8,068 nucleotides of DNA from Paraspadella gotoi (taxonomy: Eukaryota > Animalia > Chaetognatha): contig JBJCIZ010000255.1 of NCBI GenBank assembly GCA_051294375.1, positions 1-8,068 on the forward strand, given 5' to 3'. Below are positions 1-7,733 of the stretch, one piece after another (the first letter of the stretch is position 1; each line of letters starts with the position of its first letter). A program made the translations under genes and the position numbers. The notes under the pieces are model-generated. The model searched no databases. It saw only the letters and a program-made list of their open reading frames with translations, and was not told the DNA's origin.

Positions 1-234
1 GAACTCTTAACTCAGTGAGTATTGATTTTTATAAAAAGTCCCAACAATCATATAACGTGATTTGATTTTATTTTTTACTCAATAATAATCATAAGGATCT
101 CGGTAAAATACATAGTTTGATATTCGATACTTAATATCAAATTAAAAAAGTTAGTGAAAGAGAATTTTCATATGACATTATTTGTAGATTTTCTAACAAG
201 ATAACCTCAGTCACCAAACTACCGTGAAGCCTCA

Positions 235-264
235 GTCGTCGTCGTCATCGTTGGCGGCGGCGGC
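235..264 (+). repeat. Compound trinucleotide repeat (GTC)4-ATCGTT-(GGC)4
   Basis: Read directly from the sequence. Confidence 0.9.
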
Positions 265-370
265 TGACCTTTTCTTCTTACTTTGTTAATTTTCTTTCAT
301 TCGAATTTCAAGCCAAGAAATAAAATCAGGTTCAATGTATTGTTATCAACTACTTTTAATTCTCGTTAAA

Positions 371-405
371 ACTACTACTACTACTACTAGTACAACTACT
401 ACTAC
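371..405 (+). repeat. (ACT)n microsatellite, interrupted
   Basis: actactactactactactagtacaactactactac. Confidence 0.93.
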
Positions 406-490
406 CGTTTATTATTGTTTTGAATATTTGTGTGGGATTCGATCCCAACTTCTTCTCCTTCCAAATCGGCTCGGCATATTGAATGTCTAA

Positions 491-500
491 NNNNNNNNNN
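491..500. other. Assembly gap (10 N)
   Basis: Run of 10 N. Confidence 1.
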
Positions 501-662
501 GTCTCCAAAGTATCTCTTTCAATACATACTTGTTTGCTTTTTGAGTTATTTTGAAGACGCTGTCTTCTGATAATAAACTTTATGTTTACAAGAAAAAGTG
601 CCCCTTTAATTTCATCAAATTAACAACATATTCAAAAAGCTGAGTCGAATAATATGGAATGA

Positions 663-672
663 NNNNNNNNNN
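663..672. other. Assembly gap (10 N)
   Basis: Run of 10 N. Confidence 1.
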
Positions 673-737
673 TGTATATTTTATAATTTTAATAGTGGCA
701 AAATTTGAATTAGTTTAACAACGATTTATCTGTATTG

Positions 738-771
738 TAACGGACATGTTTCGGCTTTATTTGCAAGCCTT
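738..771 (-). ncRNA. 5'-truncated hammerhead copy in the inverted arm
   Basis: The minus strand reads AA-GGCTT-gcaaata-AAGCC-GAAA-CATG-TC-CGTTA. It has an intact GAAA and helix I 3' strand, but the arm ends before the CTGATG core (upstream sequence is GTTGATTTA). Confidence 0.7.
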
Positions 772-785
772 TAAATCAACTAAAT

Positions 786-830
786 TGACGCTGATGAAGG
801 CTTGCAAATAAAGCCAAAACATGTCTGTTA
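786..830 (+). ncRNA. Minimal type I hammerhead ribozyme, degenerate (G12 to A)
   Basis: TGACG (helix I 5', 786-790), CTGATGA (791-797), extra A (798), GGCTT-gcaaata-AAGCC (helix II, 799-815), AAAA (816-819; GAAA in the other arm), CATG-TC (cleavage triplet GUC, 823-825), TGTTA (helix I 3', 826-830; CGTTA in the other arm). Confidence 0.8.
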
Positions 831-1348
831 CAATACAAATAAATTGTTGTTGAACTTATTCAAATTTTGCCTCTACAATTTTAATAGTAAAATTATTTAC
901 TGGCGTATATAAGTGCAAAGTCTGGATGGACATTATTGAATAAACTTTTGTTTTACTTTAGTCCGTGGGGCGGACACGCGCTGGCGACCGGTCGCTTTTG
1001 TAGGAAAATTTTCCTTTTAAATCTTTAAATTTTCCTAATTTGAAGCGAGCAATAGTTTCTTCAGATTTGCGTTGTTCATACGCTTAGCGAGAAAAAGAAA
1101 AAAGAAAAGCATTTTTGGCAAAAGCCCCAGATTCTGCAAGTCCTTTTTAAGCGTGTAAAAAAAATCCCTCGGACAAACATTTTTTTTTTTTTTTTAAGGA
1201 TTTCGGCGTTTTTTTTTTTTTTTTTTTCGCATCCGAGTCAATTCCTCTAATAAACTCGGATGGAAAAACCATACTGGCGAGAAAATTTTAGATAAGATAT
1301 GCAAAGATTTGAATTCAGAGGAAAGTTAAGATGAGAAGAGACCTGCCG

Positions 1349-1415
1349 GAGAGAGACAGAGAGAAGAGAGAGATGAGAAGAGAGAGAAGAATGAGAGAGG
1401 AGAGAAGAGATGAGG
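1349..1415 (+). repeat. Imperfect (GA)n tract
   Basis: GA repeat with frequent single-base interruptions. Confidence 0.9.
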
Positions 1416-2031
1416 TTCAGTTTTTTAACTGCGGGTAATCGAAACTCTTTTCGTTTCCGGGTAGCGTGTGGGCCACATCACAATTCGTTCCCTCTTTAGA
1501 GTCTGTCACTTTTTTGCGTGCATGCGGTAAGTCCGTACGTCGGACAGTGATTGTCTGTGATTGTGAGTCATGCGTCGTGTACTTGATTTGTTGTCTGACA
1601 TTTTAGAGTTCTAACTAAAATTAGATCTTCTCAAAAAACACGCCCCGAACCTCTTAACAGACATCGGAACTGATTCGGCGCGCGCGGAACGTGGAGCTCG
1701 CAGACGCGAACCGCTCCGTCGCACCGACTGAGGAATTCACGTGACGAAAACGTGAATGAACCGTGGAGGAATTACGTAGTTGTTGCTCTTCCGTCCCCTT
1801 GCCTCCTCCGCCCTCCTCCATCCTCCTCCTCTTCCTCACCGACTTTCACCCTGCTACGTGTTGAACTTTCCGTTTTACGTTTTCTCCGCTTTTTTTTTTC
1901 TGTCTCTCGTTCACGCGTCAGGCTTCGGTCAGTGCCGTAGGGACGGGCAGGATCAACGCAATCAGGCGTATTGCCGCATTTCGTACGCCTCGGATAAATG
2001 CCAATTTCGCCCTAAGAAAAAAAAAAACACG

Positions 2032-2190
2032 TTTTTGTTTTGCTTTCTTTTCTTTTCGTTTTTTTCTTTTTTTTTTTCTTTTTTTCTTTTTTTTCTTCTT
2101 TCTTTCTTTCTTTTCTTCCTTTGTTTTTATTCTTTCTTTCCTTTCCTTTTCTGTTCTTCTTCTTTTCTTTTCTTTGCTTTTCTTGTTCTT
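2032..2190 (+). repeat. T-rich polypyrimidine low-complexity tract
   Basis: About 160 nt almost entirely T/C, made of TTTC- and TTC-like units. Explains the poly-Phe ORF at 1780-2205. Confidence 0.93.
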
Positions 2191-2741
2191 AATAAATTAG
2201 CATAAATATTAAACATTACTTTTTCTATTTTCAAAAGAGACGTGCCCCGTTTTTTCTTTCCCGTGTCCTTTTTATGTTCTCAATTTTCTTTCTAAACCTT
2301 TACTTCAGCTATATTATTCTTTTTTTTTTCAATTTATCTTTTTTTATTTCCATTTACTCGTTGTACTCCCTCCTCTTCCTTCCTCTATTTTAATTCCATT
2401 CAGTCATAGTTTCTACTCTCTCTCGCTCTACTCTTTTTTCAAGTTACAAAAATATTTCAAATTTCGCTGAGAAAAAATTTTCATCTATTTACTACATCCA
2501 ATCGAGTTGTGCCAAATATCCTTTCCTCATCGCTGACAATTCCTCGATCTTACGCGATTTCACGCCGGAAAAGAAAAAACGAAGAAAGAAGTTTTTTTCT
2601 CTTATCTTTTCTCTCAATTCGTAAGCAATATTAAGAACACTTGAAATCGAAAAGTTTTTAACTAAAACTTTTATGTATAACACCAACTTATAATTTTATG
2701 AAGTTTTTTCTCTTGTTTATCCGCCGGGTTCTCGATCATTC

Positions 2742-2744
<3 letters not shown>

Positions 2745-2790
<46 letters not shown>

Positions 2791-2792
2791 CT

Positions 2793-2833
<41 letters not shown>
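2745..2833 (+). repeat. (TC)n microsatellite
   Basis: Long TC dinucleotide run with a few phase slips. Confidence 0.97.
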
Positions 2834-3072
2834 CAGTCATTGTTTCTCAGTGTTCTATAGGTGAGAAAGTGAAACAAAACCTCGCCTCTTCATGTAATTA
2901 GGTCTTGCAGTTTTTTTCCCTTGACAGCGAGAAGAAGGAAGACGATATGCGAAAAGGTAAGAGAAAAAAACAAGAGGAGAGACTCATACGAGAGCGTAAG
3001 GAGAGATGCAAGGAGGGAGAGATGACCGATGAGGACGACACAGAGACGAGAGCAGACAGAGACGAAGCTCGT

Positions 3073-3096
3073 GAGAGAGAGAGAGAGAGAGAGAGA
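3073..3096 (+). repeat. (GA)12 microsatellite within a purine-rich region (about 2928-3135)
   Basis: Perfect GA run; the flanks are degenerate GA-rich sequence. Confidence 0.95.
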
Positions 3097-4057
3097 CGGG
3101 AGAAGAGAGAGACGAAAGCAGACGAGCCGATAGAAAATTGCTTCCGCCTTATTTTAAAGACGTCGAGACATTTACGATGTACTTTTTTATTCTTTCCTTT
3201 TTATTTTCTTTTCTTCTCAAGACTTTTTTAATCACTCTCAAAAATCATTGGTTTCTTTTTTTTACTTTCACTTCGTTAATCTATTCACGTTTTAGTCTCT
3301 CAATAACCATCACTAAAATTAACGACTTAATGAAGAAAGTCTTTCAAGTTTCAATTAAACTAAAATAGTAGAATTAAGAGCTCTATACGTTTTCGCACGC
3401 GCAGAGGGAATCTTGCAGGGCATAATGCTGCATGAATTATGGAATGTTGACACCCGTCGAAAAAGTCGCTTGACCGAATTCTTGAAACTTTGATTAAGCC
3501 AATAAACCTTTTTTGTTAAAGTTTTTAAGCTATAATAACAATGCATGCTTATCGCGGTCCGTGTTTATAATTAATGTCCGTTCACAAGCGGGTAGTTGAT
3601 GAGTCCTCTTTTTCCTTTTTCCCCGCTTTTACGTAGGCTTCATTCACGCCGCTACGGTTTTTCCTTCCCTGGATATCACCAATGCCCCGTTGAAAAAGAT
3701 GAACCCGTGCTCTCCCTAACTTTCGGGAGAAACGTATATGTTTTAAAATCATTTCGCCGTACCTTAACTTGAATCTAAAGTGTCAATTCTTTATTCAAAG
3801 GATGATAACCCCGAGCAAGTTGTAAAATATGTTGAATACTTTTGACTTTTATTTTGAAACATCATCCTCGTTATCATCATTTGTCTTTCGCCTATTTGTC
3901 GCCATAGAGATCGCTAAACCACAACGCCGATGACTCCCGGAATGTTTTTATGACACCGGTCGTCCTCATTTCGCGTTATATTAGTCTTCGGTCGACCTCA
4001 GCATAAAATCAAGAAAAAAAGCGAGATAAATAAAAAAAAGAAGAAAAGGGGAAAAAT

Positions 4058-4160
4058 GAGAGCAGAGAGAGAGAGAGAGAGAGAGCACGAGACAGAGCAG
4101 AGAGAGAGAGAGAGAGAGCACCGAGAGACGAGAGAGAGGAGAGAGAGAGAGCAGAGAAGA
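4058..4160 (+). repeat. Imperfect (GA)n tract
   Basis: GA runs interrupted by isolated C bases. Confidence 0.93.
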
Positions 4161-6370
4161 AATGCAGAATCATCCTCCGTACCATTTTTTTTTTTCTTTG
4201 TTCCTCTGCGACTTCGTCTGTCGAGTAGTTTTTTGTCGGGAGTGAAAAGGGTGTTGTAGGGAATTGTTGAAAAACAGATTCGGCTCTTCGCCGCTTAGGG
4301 ACGGCCGAAGTGGTTGGATTCGATGACTTTTGGCCGAAGCCGTGCTCAGTCGAACATCCTGGAAATGCGTCCACAACGTAAACGTGCGAGTGGGCAAAAA
4401 CAACAAAAAACTCACGGTCTCCATCCGCGCGAACGGTATCGCCTTGCGACTTGAGAGCGCAGCGGCTGAGCAGTCCTAAGATGGCCTGGGAACGAACGCC
4501 ACTAACGACTCGCGTCGATGCTCAAAAGTCGGTCGCTCTTTCGTCCAAGAGATATTGGAATTTTGTGTCGAAGCCAAAGGCCACTATTTTATGTTACCGT
4601 ATCATCATCGAAAGTCGGCCTAAAAACACCGCATACAAGTGGTTCTCTTTCTCCTCTCTCTCTTTCCGCCGTCAGCATGGAACGGTAATAAAATTTACTG
4701 ACTCTCACTGCAACGTTATCCGTCGCAGTTTCCGGAACTATCTTTCGCTTATTACAATTTCTTTTTAGAATGTACTATTTATTTCTTTTTATTATTAGTT
4801 GCTTCTATTTATCGTACACATTTTTTTTCGTTTCTGGCTAAACTTTTATTTTTTCTTGTTTCCTTTCTTCTTCGTATTCTTTATATCATATAGATCATTA
4901 AGCCTTCCCGTCCACAATTCTCACTCTTACTTCCAAATGAATAAATAGACTCGAAAGCCAGGCAGCCAAATCTCTTGCCCGTATACATGTCAAGGCACGA
5001 AGGACCGATGGCAAAGAAATCAGACGCTCATAATTATGACCACTATTGCATTGAGGCCAAGAATCCGATCGACCTTGACGTTCTATTGCGATTCACGGGA
5101 AAATAATGAAGGTAACGAATGAAGCTCGATTTTCCACAGAGCCCAAGAATTTCTTCAAAATAAACGAAGAATTGAAAAAATGGAGTCAAGTAAAAACTCA
5201 CCGAATAATCTCCCAGAAACATGCCGTGTGAAAAAAAAAAAGAAATTTTATCATTCTGACATCATAAAAGTCGCCAAGCCCAAGCACAAGCCAAGCAAAG
5301 AGATGAGCAAAAAAAACATAAAAAGAAAATTATTTTCAAACAAAAATAATCTGATGAAAAAAAAAAAGAGCTGAACTGTCGCGTCGTGGACACGCACTGT
5401 ACGGCAAACCGTTTAAAACGAAATTAAACACCTTGTCTAAACGCCCGACCTCGAAATGACAACCTAAGGTGAAAATATAATGACAGTGAGATTAAAAGCG
5501 AATCCAGTACTCCTTAATAATCGTCTTCATGGATACGGCGTCTCGAAGATTGATGAAGACGAAAGAGAGGAAAACTTGCCTCCTGAGGCAGAGAACAATA
5601 GAAGAGAGAAAAAAAATAGTAGTTTGCATATCGCAAAATGTTTGGAAGAATTAGACAATTTGATCAACTTACTATGGGTTGTTGCATCGCGAATGCAGTT
5701 TCACACGTATGATTTAGTATCAATACGAAAGTAAAGTAATTTAATCATTTCTATTTATCATTTTCAAGTAATAAAAAAATAAAATATAGAAACAATTTTA
5801 CCAGTCTTCGCCATGTTGATCTTTAATGTATAAACTTTTAATCTCGGTTCAGTGCGATGACTTTTTAAGAATAATACCTTCTGGCTTCGGTAAGTCGAAA
5901 CGATGCTCTGTTTCAACTTAACAGTTCATCGGCCCTGACTCCTTGACGAATTCGAATAGCCCCGCGTTCCCTGCAAACGCGCTTGATTGGCCTAATGTCT
6001 CCGACTATATAATTTAAAAAGAGAAAACTCCTCTGTTTGACGAAACGATTCTGCTTGCGAAAGCGAGAAGAAAGATGTCCCTGCGCCGGCACGAGGAACG
6101 CGGGAATGGAAACCTATTGCTTTTACTTATTTTTCTTTTATTCATTCTACGATCAACCGCGAGTTTCCTATCGCCCGTGGTCACATTGCCGACTGCGACG
6201 CTTTCCGCAGTTGCAGTCGAGCAAGCCGCGCTGTTGCATTTTTTTTCCTAACGCGTCTCGGTGTTTAAAAACGATTTACGGTTTTAAGATGACCCATTCG
6301 TCTCCCCATTCCGTTCTATCCAACAGTAATGACCTCTTCAATTTTTTGGTTGCCTAACGCCTTAGAATAC

Positions 6371-6453
6371 GAGAGCATGAGAGAGACGCAACTCGAGAGA
6401 GAGAGAATGAGAGGATGAGAGTGACGATGAGAGAGAGATGAAGAGGATGAGAG
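6371..6453 (+). repeat. Degenerate (GA)n/GAT tract
   Basis: GA repeat with T and C interruptions. Confidence 0.85.
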
Positions 6454-7193
6454 TCTGAAAGAACAGGAGACTTAGACCAAAGATATCGCACATGGCTGCG
6501 CACCCAGAGAATTAGAAAGCACAAAACTTCAACTGCGACGGCAATCGCTAAGAATTATCCCTTCTTCTTTCTATAAAAATAGAAGAGCGTCAAAAATTGA
6601 GGAGTGGGGCGCTGAAGAGTAGACGCAGCGTCTGCGCGACGTCGTCTGCGTTTCCTCCCTTTTCAAAAACGGCCTTTATTTAGCAACAGAAGAAAGAGAG
6701 AAAGAAGGGAGAGCGACCAGAAATTAGAAAAAAAATAGAGAGCCAGAGAAGGAGAGCGTGAGCGAGCCGAGAGAGAGGAGGCACGTAATGGTTGACTTTC
6801 CCTCCACTATCTCGACGCTGATTGGTCATTCCGCGACTCAGCCGCGGACGTTACCTCTCGCGGAGTAAGTCCGCTCCTGATTCGCTCTCTTCGCTGCAAA
6901 GAAGAGGATTCTCTTCCTCTCTTTCTCTCTCTCTCCTCTTCGCTCCTTTTTCCGCGTCTTTACTCTCGAATTTCGGGATAAATTATGATTTCTTATGAAA
7001 AAAATTACTTTCCCAATGTGAATATTTTTAATAAGGGGAAAAACTAATTTTTACAAAACAAATGTATGAGTTAATGTGAATTTACTTCTGAAAAATTGAT
7101 AACGAAAATTTACTAAAAGTTATAGTTACTTTTACCAAATGACAGGAATCATTTTATATTTAAAATAAACATAAAATTTTTATGTCTAAAATT

Positions 7194-7309
7194 ATTAAGA
7201 AAGTTTATTTATGTGCCAATACAACGATTTTTTATTATTAAGAGTACATGTTTCGACTCTATGGTTCGAGTCTTCATCAGCTTCAGCACAAAAGAGAGAA
7301 AATAATACA
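7194..7309 (-). mobile_element. Short (116 bp) hammerhead-bearing Penelope-like solo-pLTR insertion
   Basis: Flanked by an exact 12-bp direct repeat ATGTCTAAAATT (7182-7193 and 7310-7321). Contains a hammerhead with an intact core on the minus strand, followed by AATAAA and AAATCGTTGT; the latter is shared with the left arm of insertion 1. Confidence 0.7.
7239..7285 (-). ncRNA. Minimal type I hammerhead ribozyme with intact catalytic core
   Basis: Minus strand: TGAAG, CTGATGA (7280-7274), extra A, GACTC-gaaccata-GAGTC (helix II, 7272-7255), GAAA (7254-7251), CATG-TA (cleavage triplet GUA; predicted cut between 7245 and 7244), CTCTTA. Helix I is weak (5 pairs including a G.U, with one bulged C). 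Helix III is the palindrome ACATGT. Confidence 0.85.
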
Positions 7310-7519
7310 ATGTCTAAAATTGAAAATTTTAAAAATATTCATTCAATGAAAATAAAAAATCAAGGTATTTAGATATAATTAATTAATTAATAAATAATCA
7401 TTAATTAATAATATTGCTTAAATTCAGCATGTTACTTCTCTTCGCCCATCTGGTCTAAGTTTTACTGTCTTTTGTCTGGAATGCTGACAGTGGTTTGAGA
7501 GGTCGCATTCAAAAGAGCT

Positions 7520-7544
7520 NNNNNNNNNNNNNNNNNNNNNNNNN
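7520..7544. other. Assembly gap (25 N)
   Basis: Run of 25 N directly abutting the right arm of the inverted duplication. Confidence 1.
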
Positions 7545-7684
7545 TAAGCATAATTATTAATTAATGATTAATTTATTAATTAATTAATTATATCTAAATA
7601 CCTTGATATTTTTATTTTCATTGATATGAATAATTTTTTAAAATTTTCAATTTTAGACATTGTATTATTTTCTCTCTTTTGTGC

Positions 7685-7733
7685 TGAAGCTGATGAAAGA
7701 CTCGAACCATATGAGTCGAAACATGTACTCTTA
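7685..7733 (+). ncRNA. Mirror copy of the 7239-7285 hammerhead inside the large inverted duplication
   Basis: TGAAG-CTGATGA (7690-7696)-AA-GACTC-gaaccatat-GAGTC-GAAA (7718-7721)-CATG-TA-CTCTTA. Differs from the other copy by two single-base insertions and may be the same locus assembled twice. Confidence 0.6.

Larger units (their letters stand above)
697..871. repeat. Inverted repeat with 75-bp arms and a 25-nt spacer
   Basis: The reverse complement of 697-771 aligns without gaps to 797-871 with 6 mismatches (right-arm positions 816, 826, 838, 845, 852, 857), i.e. 69/75 identical. Spacer is 772-796. Confidence 0.97.
697..876 (+). mobile_element. Short non-autonomous Penelope-like (pLTR-derived) insertion with inverted arms and a hammerhead ribozyme motif
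   Basis: Flanked by an exact 12-bp direct repeat AATTTTAATAGT (685-696 and 877-888). Contains 75-bp inverted arms (697-771 vs 797-871), a minimal hammerhead motif at 786-830 and AATAAA at 838-843. Inverted partial pLTRs, minimal hammerheads and variable-length AT-rich TSDs are known properties of Penelope-like elements. The family assignment is inference; no RT or GIY-YIG coding sequence is present. Confidence 0.7.
685..888 (+). repeat. 12-bp direct repeat AATTTTAATAGT (candidate TSD) at 685-696 and 877-888
   Basis: Exact match. The first copy abuts the start of the left inverted arm and the second starts 5 nt after the right arm ends. Confidence 0.8.
7182..7321 (+). repeat. 12-bp direct repeat ATGTCTAAAATT (candidate TSD) at 7182-7193 and 7310-7321
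   Basis: Exact match bracketing the hammerhead-containing segment. Also reproduced in the mirrored copy as AATTTTAGACAT at 7649-7660 and 7778-7789. Confidence 0.8.

Noticed and set aside
697-871. Interpretation as a classical MITE or pre-miRNA
   Set aside because: The 12-bp duplication is offset 5 nt from the right arm, and the hammerhead core straddles the spacer/arm junction. An inverted pLTR explains both better, although a MITE is not formally excluded.
1020-1070. Minus-strand CTGAAGA...GAAA spacing
   Set aside because: The intervening sequence forms only a poor, bulged stem, with no convincing helix I or III.
1654-4424. ORFs rich in Phe, Ser-Leu or Arg-Glu (1780-2205, 2698-2901, 2905-3231, 4009-4374, 4056-4259 and neighbours)
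   Set aside because: Most are open because they cross T-rich, (TC)n or (GA)n tracts that lack stop codons. None has a recognisable domain.
5351-5375. CTGATGA motif
   Set aside because: Followed by poly-A, with no helix II or properly placed GAAA.
4451-6357. ORFs 4451-4768, 5180-5374, 5480-5734 and 6037-6357
   Set aside because: Short, some start at non-ATG codons, several contain homopolymer runs, and none shows a recognisable motif (no RT or GIY-YIG signature).
6612-6650. CTGAAGA followed by a 7-bp stem as a possible hammerhead
   Set aside because: The stem is followed by GCGAC rather than GAAA, so the second half of the core is missing.
7421-7519. Unique spacer between the large inverted arms, checked for SMRTbell adapter or coding sequence
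   Set aside because: No adapter sequence is recognisable. It has only a short open frame and a 7-bp inverted repeat (TCAGCAT/ATGCTGA), too little to call.
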